64,000 bases of DNA from Naegleria gruberi (taxonomy: Eukaryota), in NCBI GenBank assembly GCA_000004985.1, contig GG738891.1; one strand, given 5' to 3'. The position numbers and the translations under genes are program-made. Below the pieces are notes generated by a model. The model ran no database searches, was not told the DNA's origin, and saw nothing but the letters and a program-made list of their open reading frames with translations. Below, in pieces: positions 10,511-22,000 of the stretch; position 1 is the first letter of the stretch; every line of letters starts with the position of its first letter.

Positions 10511-10787
10511 TACCACTAGACCATGGTCCCTTACGTTTAAAATCCATTATATTTAAAATTGGTGCCTATAATACGGACTACATCTATTTTCCTTGTGTGA
10601 TTCATTACAAAAGGATGGCTATTCAAAACTTTAGAAGGTTACAATTTTAAATGTACTTTGCATGTTACTCACTATTTTTAGTGTCCCAATAGATTTCACT
10701 CACATTCTATTGAAGGTGTTGTGAAAAAAAAAGCACCAACAACCAATACCTTTACTAATCGCTCACTGCCAGCAGTTCATTACCAAC

Positions 10788-11789
10788 ATGTTTACCTTCG
10801 AAGACGAAGAAGCTGAACAAGGTTTTCCATTTGAAAACTCAACCCCAGAGCAAATTATTAACCATCTACAAACTCATGACCATCCTGAAACAATCATCAA
10901 TTCTCAACAAGTGCTTATCATGGCTGTTGAGAATTGTAAAGATTGTTATGAACAGGGAGAAGAGGAAGACTACGTGGAATGGTTCAAATTATGTGAATAT
11001 TTAACATCCAAAAGTGGAGTTAATATTAATGTTTGTAGATGTATTGAAGATGACTATGATTATCCATTATCAATTGCCATTGAATCGTGCGATTTAAAAT
11101 TGATAGAATTGATACTCTCTCATGGAGCTGATCCAAATAATGGAGCTGGTTTCAGATGTAGAAATGTAATGATTAACCTTGCAATTCAAGAAGGATCGAT
11201 GGATATTTTGAAATTATTGCTAAAATATGGAGCTGATGTCAACAAATTCAATACAGTGCATTGTGGAAGATTCTCTCCATGGAATTGTGCCTATTCGAAT
11301 CAAGAGTTTGAAATATTGGATTTTCTCCTAAATCTTCCAAATATTTCTCTAAAGAATTCAAGAATTTTTCATGAAGCTTCTGCGAATGGAGATGTGAAAA
11401 TGGTTGAATTATTAATTAAGAATCATTTTCCAATTTTGGATTTGAATCATGGTAATTATTCAACTCCATTATTTGAAGCATGTAAGGGACAATTCGTTGA
11501 AGTTGTGAAATTACTTGTTCCTCTGCCAGGAATTGACATTAATTTGGGAAGCTATTCTGGAAGAATGGAAACACCTTTACAAAATGCAATTCGAAATTCA
11601 AATATTGAAATTGTCAGTTTGCTAATTTCACACGGAGCCATATTTACAGAATCTGATAGTTTGGAAGCACATAATAATGCAGGTATCAATCTTTATCAAA
11701 TCAAACTTCAAACACAACCAGTTTCGCAACTTCAAAAATTGCTACATTCTAACCTTGCACTTTCTGACACCACATTCGAATATCAATAA
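10788..11789 (+). CDS. ankyrin-repeat protein, 333 aa
   Basis: Single ORF with tandem ankyrin motifs: LHxAxxxGxxxxVxxLLxxGAD occurs several times. Confidence 0.65.
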   Translation: MFTFEDEEAEQGFPFENSTPEQIINHLQTHDHPETIINSQQVLIMAVENCKDCYEQGEEEDYVEWFKLCEYLTSKSGVNINVCRCIEDDYDYPLSIAIESCDLKLIELILSHGADPNNGAGFRCRNVMINLAIQEGSMDILKLLLKYGADVNKFNTVHCGRFSPWNCAYSNQEFEILDFLLNLPNISLKNSRIFHEASANGDVKMVELLIKNHFPILDLNHGNYSTPLFEACKGQFVEVVKLLVPLPGIDINLGSYSGRMETPLQNAIRNSNIEIVSLLISHGAIFTESDSLEAHNNAGINLYQIKLQTQPVSQLQKLLHSNLALSDTTFEYQ

Positions 11790-11835
11790 GAAGCATTCAA
11801 TTTAGTGTAAATATCAATAAATCTTTTTATATAAA

Positions 11836-12624
11836 TCAAACACTAACTTCCTTAATATTTGAATCAATATTTCTCAATCTTACAACACCAGAAACACAAC
11901 AAACAGTACAACAAATAACTCCAATGCATGCAAATATAGAAAATATGATCAAGAATGGAAGAAAGTAACGACCATGTGAATTGGGGATGAAATTATATCC
12001 AGTTGTGAAGAAGGAAACATAAATAAATATAAATTCCCATACGAAAACCAACATTCCCAAACTTAGAAAAACAACATGCAACAATGAAAATCTTGCAGTT
12101 TTGGTTGAATTTTGTTTGGTGGATAAAACTCCAAAAACACCACTCAAAATCAACAAGATTGCATTCAATGCCAACAATGGGAATTTCACAAAACTGACAG
12201 CAGGTGCATTGTGTGGACTTCCATTCGGATAAGTTGATGATGAATAATAAATTGCTCCAGCAATTAAATCTGCAAGAAGAAACATGGTAATAATTGCAGT
12301 TCCAATGAATAAAAGAATGGAGCCAATTGCAATGACTTTGGTTGTCTTGGGATTTTCATCATTTGCATTGTAAGCATGTTGAGGTGGTGAGGAGGAAACA
12401 ATATTCGAATCAATATCCGAATGAATAAGTGATTCTTGTTGATAGAGAAGAGGAGCAGAACTCTTCTCATATGGTTGTTGTGGTTGTTGTTGTTGATAAC
12501 TAACAGTATTACCTTGAAGATGTGGATACATTTTTTTTTTGACTTGATTGACAAGATTTGCTTTTCGTGCAGTTGAATTTATTTCACCTTCTTTATAAAG
12601 AATTAAAAAACGTTCTAAACACAT
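11836..12624 (-). CDS. tetraspan membrane protein with a Gln/Pro-rich N-terminus. The true start is possibly the Met at 12531.
   Basis: ORF with 4 predicted transmembrane helices and a Cys-rich C-terminal helix. No catalytic motif. Confidence 0.45.
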   Translation of the reverse strand: MCLERFLILYKEGEINSTARKANLVNQVKKKMYPHLQGNTVSYQQQQPQQPYEKSSAPLLYQQESLIHSDIDSNIVSSSPPQHAYNANDENPKTTKVIAIGSILLFIGTAIITMFLLADLIAGAIYYSSSTYPNGSPHNAPAVSFVKFPLLALNAILLILSGVFGVLSTKQNSTKTARFSLLHVVFLSLGMLVFVWEFIFIYVSFFTTGYNFIPNSHGRYFLPFLIIFSIFACIGVICCTVCCVSGVVRLRNIDSNIKEVSV

Positions 12625-13712
12625 TCTGTGCTCCTTCTAATGTTCCAGCTAGAAAGTCAAGCAAGTTATTGTAAGTTCGTCCACTACAGCAAAGTTATGA
12701 GAAAAAGGCAATCAATAAAATATTGTGATTTTTGACCAATCAATTTTTGGCTGGATTTTGATCATGATATTAAAGCTGTGCACTACTACATAAAACTGAG
12801 ACCAGGTAGGAGTACACACAATACATCAAATCGTTCTAGATGATCTCTAGAATTTGATTTTTGATAGCGTGAGATTCTAGTAACTATAATTTTGGAATTT
12901 GAATTGTTTTTAAGAAAAAAGAATCATTTTGGCCCAGTTTCTTGCTGAAGGTGAGTTTGGATGAAGAGTTAGAAACACACTTATATACGTAATACTGGTT
13001 TTGTGAAGAGGAGTTTTTCGCTCTTATTGAAATTTTAGAAGATCTTGCAAGAAAATAGAACCACTTTGGAAAGGGCAAGTAAATTTTGAAATAATTGACA
13101 AGAGAACCATGAGAAATCTTCAGACGGTGGTTGAAAAAATTGTTTTCAAATTGAGTTCAAGATCATTAGAAAAAGAATCGAAATTTACCGTGAAGTGGAA
13201 CATTGAAAAGTGTTTTCTCATATCTGATACCCTCCTATTATCACAAGCTTTCTCATCAAGACATAATGCCCTAAATCTTATAAGATTGAAATTCCTCTTC
13301 AAAGTCATCAATCTATTTCAATAAATAACAATAAAAATGGTTAAACTCCAACATCATGGTGATAAAGATAGTGAACTTCCCGATTAATTCAAGTATTAAT
13401 TTAAATCTGCATTTTGTAATTGCACTACTATTCATCCCCTTTGTAAACTCTCAATACCCATCCTTCAACAAATCCCATTGAATTTGAATTTCCAATCAAC
13501 ACCTATTCTTTCAAGATCTCTAAATTGCAATCAGATTCACAAATTCCATGTCACTTCATCATCAACTTCATATGAATGAATTAAATTTTCAATAAATATT
13601 TGAAAATGCACAATTTTAAAATAAAGGCCTCTCCTCAAAAAAATATCTCAACACCTTTAAACGCCACACTCCCTAACCGAGCAATATTAGTAGTCATATA
13701 TAAAACAGCAAG

Positions 13713-14635
13713 ATGAGTTCTCTCCCAACAACTTTCCCTACTGAATTTTTACATTCTCACACTCAAGTTAAGAAGAAGGAAGAGGATGTAACTACAAGTT
13801 TGTTCTCAAAGAAAGCCGAAAAGGAAAAGGAAATTGCTACAGTCCAAAGATTGGTTTCCTATGTTAATAATTTTAAAACTCCATCAAAGCAACCATTTAT
13901 TATTGGTGTTTGTGGTGGTAGTGCTTCTGGTAAAACAACTGTCTGTAGAGAAATTGTCAAGAGTTTGTCCGATAAGAGAGTTGTCGTTGTTTCTCAAGAT
14001 AGTTTCTATAGAAATTTGAATGAAGAAGAACGTGAACTTGCCAGAAATAACGTTTATGATTTTGATCATCCAGGTATGTGCTCTTGATTGTCATCATTTT
14101 GAAAATTAATTTTTCAATAATTAGATGCTTTTGATTATGAAGCCTTTGAGGAAACAACCAGAGAATTGAAGGCTGGTAATCCTGTCGATATACCAGTTTA
14201 TGATTTCAAGACTCACTCTAGAACAACTGAAACTGAACCTGTTGAAGGTGCCGATGTCATCATTATTGAAGGTATTCTCATCTTCTTCACCAAGGAAATG
14301 AGAGAATTGATGGATATGAAGATTTTCGTTGATACCGATGCAGATGTTAGATTGGCCAGAAGAAGTATGTAATAATTAGTAATATTAATAGTAATTATAA
14401 TAATAATATTTAAATAGTTAGAAGAGATACAAAGGAAAGAGGACGTGATCTTGAAGGAGTTTTGCTTCAATATGAAAGATTTGTCAAGCCATCATTTGAT
14501 GATTACATTATGCCTACAAAGAAGTATGCTGATATTATCATTCCAAGAGGTGGTGCTAATACTGTTGCTATTGATTTGCTCACCCAACACATTCATCTCA
14601 AGTTGTTGGTTTTGAGTGATAGTGCTTCTAAATAA
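13713..14635 (+). CDS. uridine-cytidine kinase, about 272 aa, 3 exons
   Basis: Exons 13713..14073, 14125..14364 and 14418..14635 with GTATGT donors. The P-loop is [12 protein letters not shown]. The joins give FDHP to DAFDYEAF and DADVRLARR to [25 protein letters not shown]. It is collinear with UCK/udk proteins. Confidence 0.85.
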
Positions 14636-15216
14636 GTTTACAAAATTCTCATAATTATTTGAGAAAATGGAAAAGAATTCTTGTAAATAATTGTTTTAAT
14701 ATGAAATAAAAAATGACAAATTCAACAACTCCAAAACAACCCTACAGAAGAGGAAGAAATTTTTTCACTAGAGCACTGTTTCATCCGAATACTTATTATC
14801 TGGTGCAATATGGTGGTTTGCTCACAATTTCTTATTTGATTTTAATTAAAACAAATTGGAAAGAAGGAACAATATTTTATGATGTGAGTTTTTGAAGAAT
14901 GAATTAGTGTACAATAATAATATCGGAAATTGGATTTTAATATTCATCATCATCTATTATAATTTATTTAATTGAATGAAAATATTTTGATTGAATTTTT
15001 ATCGGATTTAATTTTGATTGAATGATGTATTTAAATATTTGGAAATATTAATAATATTAATAACAATATTGGAAAAAATATAGTTTAAACAATATTTACA
15101 AGAAAAGAGAAGAAATTTACTTTCAATGAGTGAGGAAGAAATTCAAAAACAAAAGGAACTTCTCAAATTATCCAAAGAATCTAAATAGCCAATTATTATT
15201 AAATTATTTAAATCAA

Positions 15217-16648
15217 TTATTTTACATAAACTCTCTTCAATCTAGGTAATAAAGCAGTTACAACTTCATAGTTAATAGTATTGGACCAGTGTGACACCAT
15301 TTCACATGTCACTTCCTTACCATCTTGTTCACCAATTAAGACTACTTCATCATTGATTTTAACTCTATCTACAACAGTTGGAGAAATTTTAACTACAAAT
15401 TGATCCATGCAAATTCTACCAACTATTGGACACTCTTCACCTCTAATTAATACGTGGGCCTTACCAGTATTAATTCTCTTGTATCCATCTCCATAACCAA
15501 CTGGGACTAATGCAAGGGTTTCGTCATCCTCTGCAACTGTATAGGTATTTCCGTATGAAACTGGTGATCCCTTTGGGAATTTTTGAACTCTTCCAAGGTG
15601 CGAAACAACAGTGAGAGCAGGTTTCAATTTGAATGGAAGTCTTGGATCATCTCTATCATTACTTGGTGAAAGTCCATAAATTGAAATACCTGGTCTAATC
15701 ATATCCATGTGCATTTCTGGGAAGAATAGAGTTCCAGCACTATTGCAACAATGGTAAGTGAGTGGCTTTTCAAAAACTCTTGAAACTTGATGATTTTCAA
15801 TCATTTTCTTCACCTCCATGAATTTATAAAATTGCTCTCTCGTATAGTCTGGGCTCATCTCATCAGCACTTGAAAAGTGTGTAAATACTCCTGTAATTTT
15901 GATTCTATTGTACAATTTCATTGGATTAATAGTGAACCATCTCAAGAAATTTTCCAATTTTTCAGGATGAGCTCCAAATCTTCCCATTCCAGTATCAACC
16001 TTCAAATGTACATTAATGGTTTTATCTTGTTTTTCACATTCTCTAAACAGAGTTTCAACAATTAATCTACTGCCTGAAATAGTTGGAGTTAAATTGTAAG
16101 TGACACATTCCTTCACCTCCTCTGGAATGGCATAACCCAACACTAGAATTTCAATATTTGCATTTTCCTTACTCAAATTACTACGAATTTTAACACCTTC
16201 CTTCACTCTATTTACTGCAAATTGTTTAATTGACAATTCATTGTAAAGTTCCCTGACAACTGGTGTATCTCCGTGTCCTATAATATCATGAAATCATGAA
16301 ATTGGATTCGTCGTATGAGTGAAATTGTCATCACATCCGAAATTAATTTTTTCATCATTAACAAATATACATCATGAGAATATTTTCAACATCATGATTA
16401 AATATATTCCGATCCATAATTTACCTACCATAGGCATTGGCTTTAACCACTGGCATTACGTGAATATCCTGATTGTAGTTTTTAGCAAAATTTACAGTAT
16501 TTTCCACATTTTCAGTGATATTCCTCAAATTCACAATCGCACACGAAGTTGATTGTAGTTTTCGTGGCACATTGGACAAGGTTGTTCCCAAATGTTTTAA
16601 CAAGTTGGATGTTGTTGTTCCTTGTTTCATCATTTTTTTTCTGAGCAA
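15217..16648 (-). CDS. alr: alanine racemase (PLP-dependent, bacterial type), about 426 aa, 2 exons, with an N-terminal extension of about 45 aa
   Basis: Exons 16429..16648 and 15217..16277. The 151-nt intron has a GTAGGT donor and splits the Gly codon of the PLP-binding motif VVKANAYG/HGD. The C-terminal domain has the ICMDQFVV motif typical of Alr. Confidence 0.75.
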
Positions 16649-17282
16649 ATTGTTTGTTTACTTTCTTAAATTTGGACAATTTGTGAAAAGTTACTTATCG
16701 AGAGAAGATGATTGTAATTGCATTAGATTGGCATTGTTAATAGTGTGAATATTAAATGTTTATTTCAATAGATGTATTTATGAAATTGACTAATTCATGT
16801 TCATGTGAAAATTTGTGAATTTTAGTAGAAAATTGACTCAGTCAAGAAGAATTACACTCGTGAGGGTTGCAATCCTCTCAATAATATGGCGAATTTCATT
16901 TCATATTGAACTTTCACAATATGTTCATTGTAATCAAGTAATTTAATATATTTAAAAATCTTAACATTCAATCCTTTCCCATCTCTCAATTTAATCCATC
17001 CTCATGTCCCTTCCAAATTCTCCTATAATTATTCATCTCAATATTCTAAACATTTTCCTCCTCCCTAAACAGCAATTGCTTCTTCCTGAACATTCACCCA
17101 ACAAACCAACAGCAACAACAACCATATGAAAGATCATCATCCTCACCACCACCAACCAAGCAACCTTATCAACAAACCAATCAAGTCATTCACCACCCAC
17201 TCTCTATCCAACCACCAAATATCACTTCTTATCAAAAGACAAAGAAAAACCAATTGCTCTTGAATTTTTAAATAGATAAAAA

Positions 17283-18983
17283 ATGTTGTCATCATCATCG
17301 GGTGCTGATAATAACAACAAAAGCAGTAATAATAATAATAATAATAGAATGGATAATAGTACTAATAGCAATTGTAGCAACAACAACAACAGTAGCAACA
17401 GTAGCAATAATGTTGGTTTGGGAGGTTCTGGTAGTGCTCTGAAGGGATCGGAGGAGAAGAAGAAACAACAGGCTCCTATTAAAATTCTCAAGAAGAATGA
17501 TTTTAGACAGGATAATGATGAAGAGTTTTCAATGAGTCCAAAGTTAGTTACGAGAGGAGTTTTATCAGTTAAAATTCCACCTGCTAATGTTAATAGTAAT
17601 AATGGATCTCCCCTCCCTTCATATAAGAAGAGTTCAGCCTCGCCTTCAGCATCTTCACCACCAGCATCAGAATTATCTAAAGCTTTAGTATCATCGGAAG
17701 ATCATGATGGTCAAAGTCCATCACCAACAACATCTTCTTCTTATGAGGAGCAAGGAATTGCTGAAAATCATTTTATATTTCTTCCGAATCATAATGAATT
17801 GTTTAATCACTTTGCATTAGATATTGGTGGATCACTTGTCAAGATGGTTTACATGTTACCTTTTAGTGATAATGAATTTATTTATCAAACTCAAGATTCT
17901 GAAAGTAATGAACTTGAAGCTTATTATCATCAAGCTGTTAGTAGTGATGATGAAGAGGTTGATGGACAATTATCCATAAAATCACTTCCTCCACAATCAC
18001 CATTAATCATTTCAAAGGATGTTGATCATTTTTATGAATCTGAAAATGGTGTTAAAAAGAGAGGTTCTAAACTTTGTTTTGCTAGATTCCAAACACAAGA
18101 TATTGAACAATGTTTGAGTTTAATTGAAAAGTTACTGAAATTAGATGAATCAATAACTGGTTCATCAGAAGCTCCTTGTATTAAACATATTAATGCTACT
18201 GGTGGAGGTGCATTCAAGTTTTCAGCACTATTGAAAAATAGATTTGGTTTTGAAGTTAACAAGCTAGATGAAATGGAATCATTGATTAAGGGGTTAAACT
18301 TTTTATTGTTAAATATTCCAAATGAATCATTTACATTCACAAAGGAAAAGAAGAGAGAATACCTTTCTTTCCATGACAAGTTACATACAGATATTTTCCC
18401 ATATTTAATTGTAAATATTGGAAGTGGTGTGAGTATTGTTAGAGTTGATGATGTTGGTAAATTTGAAAGAGTTTCGGGAAGCAGTATTGGTGGAGGTACC
18501 TTCTGGGGTTTATCAAAATTATTAACAGGTTGTAATTCATTTGAGGAATTGTTGAAATTAACCAAGACTGGTGACAACAAAAAGGTTGACATGTTAGTTG
18601 GTGATATTTACGGAAGAGATTATGAAAAAATTGGTTTGAATTCTGATATTATTGCTAGTAGTTTCGGTAAAATGATTCAGTACAAAGCTGGAGAAGGTGA
18701 AGAACCAAAAGATGCCGATCTTGCTAAATCTTTATTATTTATGATTTGTAACAATATTGGTCAAATTGCCTATCTTAATGCTCTCAGATTTGGCCTTAAA
18801 AGAATATTTTTTGCTGGTTACTTTATCAGAAATCACGATGTCACAATGCACTACATTTCCTATGCCATCAACTTTTGGTCTAGGGGTGAAATTTCTGCCA
18901 CTTTTTTGAGACATGAAGGTTATTTGGGAGCAATTGGTTCCTTCCTTTCATCTCCTCAAAAAGATTCAGAAAATTCTGAATAA
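17283..18983 (+). CDS. pantothenate kinase (eukaryotic type II PanK), 566 aa, with a poly-Asn/Ser N-terminal tract
   Basis: Single exon. HFALDIGGSLVKMVYM matches the PanK/fumble ATP-binding motif DIGGTLVKLVYF. An acetate/sugar-kinase fold is present throughout. Confidence 0.8.
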   Translation: MLSSSSGADNNNKSSNNNNNNRMDNSTNSNCSNNNNSSNSSNNVGLGGSGSALKGSEEKKKQQAPIKILKKNDFRQDNDEEFSMSPKLVTRGVLSVKIPPANVNSNNGSPLPSYKKSSASPSASSPPASELSKALVSSEDHDGQSPSPTTSSSYEEQGIAENHFIFLPNHNELFNHFALDIGGSLVKMVYMLPFSDNEFIYQTQDSESNELEAYYHQAVSSDDEEVDGQLSIKSLPPQSPLIISKDVDHFYESENGVKKRGSKLCFARFQTQDIEQCLSLIEKLLKLDESITGSSEAPCIKHINATGGGAFKFSALLKNRFGFEVNKLDEMESLIKGLNFLLLNIPNESFTFTKEKKREYLSFHDKLHTDIFPYLIVNIGSGVSIVRVDDVGKFERVSGSSIGGGTFWGLSKLLTGCNSFEELLKLTKTGDNKKVDMLVGDIYGRDYEKIGLNSDIIASSFGKMIQYKAGEGEEPKDADLAKSLLFMICNNIGQIAYLNALRFGLKRIFFAGYFIRNHDVTMHYISYAINFWSRGEISATFLRHEGYLGAIGSFLSSPQKDSENSE

Positions 18984-19038
18984 GCTGTAAATATGTATTG
19001 AATTGTATTAAAAGAAATATATTTATTAAATTTACAAT

Positions 19039-22000
19039 TTAAAAGTTCATTGTCATCTTTTTCTTAGGTTGTTTGGCAGCAACTTTCTTTTCTGTCTTGG
19101 CAACAGCTGCTTGTTGTTGTTGTTTTGCAAAATCTTGAATATCCAGTAAAACTGATGAAGGTAAGAGTTGTGAAGTGATTAAGGATTTGAATTGTTCTGG
19201 AGCAACTTTGGTCAATCTGTCAAAACATTGAACTCCAAGAAGGAAGAGTTTGGAAAGGGCATTATTCTTGGCAAATTTAGTTACTTTCACTAACATTGGT
19301 ACAATCATACTCAAATAGCTTTGAATACCTTGAGAAGGTGTATTCAATTCAGCCAAAAGTGAAAAACCAGCCAACAAAATATTGATTGCTGGAGGAGCAA
19401 TCTTATCTGCACCATTAACAACAAGAAGTCTCGATTCTGATGAAAGACTCAGAACAATTTCTTCAGCAATCTTCATAGAATAGAAAACTGAAAGTTTTGC
19501 AAGACCGTTTCTAGCCAAGAATAGAATACCATTCTGAATACCATAAAGTAAGTTGAAAACATTGTCAACTGATTTGGCTTGTTTGATTTGATCAGTTCCG
19601 TGAAGAATTTCAATGTCAGAAGTAATTGCCTTACGAATAGCTGAGACAACATTTTCATGGATTGAAACATCAGAACATAGAGATGAAGAAAGGAAAATAA
19701 ATAATAATTCAACTTCTGGATTGGTAATTAGCTTTCCAGAGGCAACTCTACCAATAATATTTTCAATAGAGGCACTGATTGCTACTTGCCAAATACTGAA
19801 TTTCTCTTCAGCAGAGATGGATTGATCTTTGGATTCACTTTCATTTCTCAATTTTTCGCTTACCTCAATTATGGCTGTTGTGGTATCTAGACCCATGTTT
19901 GATTTGGTGAATTGAATGACTCTACAGGTTGTGTACAACAAAGTTGGGACTACAGCACCAGTAATTGACAAGCCAAAGACTTTAACAATTGTTTTCAAGG
20001 ATTTCATACTATTAGCAATTAAAAGTTTTTGTTCCTTTTCCAATTCAAAAGATCCTAGTTCAAATTCACTGTCTTGTTTGAAGAGATATGGGAAATGAAG
20101 TCTCAATGGCTTTAAGCAAACTTCAGTACTGGTTGTCACAACTGCTTGAGCATTGACTTGATCACTTGAAACAAAGAGAGAAACATCTACACTACTCAAA
20201 ATCTTTTCCAAAAGTTCAAGGCATGCATTATGAAGTTGGAAATGTCTGACTCCTTGAATTTCAATCAATAGCAAGAATACTTCGAAAACTGCTCCAGGAG
20301 CATGGTGATGTTTTTGGAATTGTTTGGTGGCCATTATTTCACCAATAGCTTTAATACACTTGATAGCCTTATCCACATTTCTCTTGTCAGTTCCATATAA
20401 TCCAGAAATTGCAAGACCAATCAATAGAGAATCATTATAGTCAATATCTTCAGCTACAGCTTCAAGACCAGCCTTCTCCTTTGCAAGCGTAATACCATTC
20501 AAAACACTAGCATAAGCTTGCTTGTAGTAGTAGAGTACATTTCTTTCGGTACCTAAAGCAACATAGTAGAATCTGTTAAGATTTTCTTCAGCTTGTTCAT
20601 AAATTGGAGAATATTGATCAGAACTTGATCTGACCAAGATGTTGTCATCCTCTTCGTCTGTTACCACAATTGTCAAGTTGGCAAAATCTTGCAATAAAGT
20701 ATACCAACTAATAAATATATCCTTCATATTTGGTTTAAGGATTTCAATGAGTTCAGTGTTTTGAGTTTCTTGAGCAGCTACATAAATATCAGCAAGAGCA
20801 GCTAATACAGAAACCTTAATCATACAAGTAGTAACCTCACCGCCTGCATTAATAAATAACTTTTCATCAATAACATAATTTACAAGGTAGGAACACATTA
20901 TGGAAAGTAATTTGTTTTGATTTCTAAGCATCTTAGAAGGAATGATTATTGATGAAAGTTGACATGCAACATATACTAGTAGAGGCGAGTTGATTTGTGT
21001 GATAGTTTCACAAACAGCTGTTGTAAATCTAAGTGAATGTTGTTGAAGTAAAACTTCACATGGACTAACTGGATCAAGTACTTCTCCAAAGACATTGTTA
21101 ATATTAATCATTAACACAAGCCCAGCATGTTGAACTGAAATAGTTCCTTTGTTTGTTGCAATAGAACAAATATTGATTATTTTTTCCAAATGATTAACCA
21201 AACAATCCTTGTCAGTATTCTTTAGAGCAACAGCCGCATCAACATGATGTAACTCATCCTTGAGTGTTTCGATAAGTTGTTGTAAACACTTCATGGAGAA
21301 TACCTTTGTTTGCCAACTGAAGGCAACAACTACTGATTTTCTTTCAACAGGAGTATCATCCTTTTCATCAGTATCACTCAACATTACACTTTGACTCTTT
21401 TCTGCTTCTGCTATCTTAGTTTCTGAAGAAACAACTGTAAAAATCAAATTGACCCAATCCTTTGGTGGTATTAATTTGCTTGAAATTAAAGATAAAACAA
21501 TATTCTTAAAGTGATTTTCTTGGTTATTTCCAGAAACATAGCTATCATTTGAACTTTGCGAAAGTGATTGATAGGTGAGAGCTTGTGAAATACTAAAATC
21601 AATTGAATCAATGATTTGGAACAATTCTTCAGGTGAGAAGTATTTAGAAATAAGTTCTGGCCTTTGGTCACAAATAATCTTGATACATTGACCAATCTCG
21701 TTTTGTATGTTTTCTATGTACAATCTTTCCTTCTTTGTGGAGAGTACTTGCTTCAAATATTGAACAATCATTTCAAAATCAGAAATCATATATGGTGTAA
21801 AAATGATAGCTCTTTGCATCAGTCTAACAAATTCAATTAGTAATCCATCGGTAATATCCAATTCAGAGGTGGTTAAAGTGGCATTCATAATGTCAGTAAT
21901 AAAGTATTGGAAAATCTTATCGAATGGAAGATTTCTGAGTTGCAAAAGCTCTGGGCCCAAACCAATCAATGCTCGCATAATTTTACAAACTCCAGTCATA

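Larger units (their letters stand above)
9683..10530 (-). tRNA. tRNA-Pro(UGG) gene body interrupted in the D-loop. The 3' part is 9683..9742 and the 5' part is 10511..10530. It is probably inactivated.
   Basis: The reverse complement of 10511..10530 is GGGACCATGGTCTAGTGGTA. The reverse complement of 9683..9742 is TAGTGGTATGATTCTCGCTTTGGGTGCGAGAGGCCGTGGGTTCGATTCCCACTGGTCCCC. Joined through the duplicated TAGTGGTA they give a canonical 72-nt tRNA-Pro with a UGG anticodon. The acceptor stem GGGACCA/TGGTCCC pairs and the T-arm is GTGGGTTCGATTCCCAC. A T-rich tract follows the 3' end. Confidence 0.8.

Noticed and set aside
9683-10530. Possibility that the 768-bp interruption is a giant tRNA intron, or that this is an Entamoeba-type tRNA array unit
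   Set aside because: The interruption is in the D-loop, not at position 37/38, and it is flanked by an 8-bp direct duplication. The window encodes BBS9, NCKAP1 and a CFAP20-domain protein, which Entamoeba lacks.
12264-12554. Nested ORF on the minus strand inside the tetraspan gene. Similar nested or antisense small ORFs occur at 1308..1532, 4568..4927, 19473..19712, 26037..26276, 28152..28619, 35817..36143, 49328..49678 and elsewhere.
   Set aside because: They lie in alternative frames or antisense within confidently assigned larger genes. Their composition is low-complexity and they have no start-site or splice support.
13109-13324. Overlapping 71-aa and 63-aa ORFs on opposite strands in the 1.1-kb spacer upstream of uridine kinase
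   Set aside because: The two ORFs are mutually exclusive and have no similarity to anything recognisable. I cannot tell whether either is coding without expression data.
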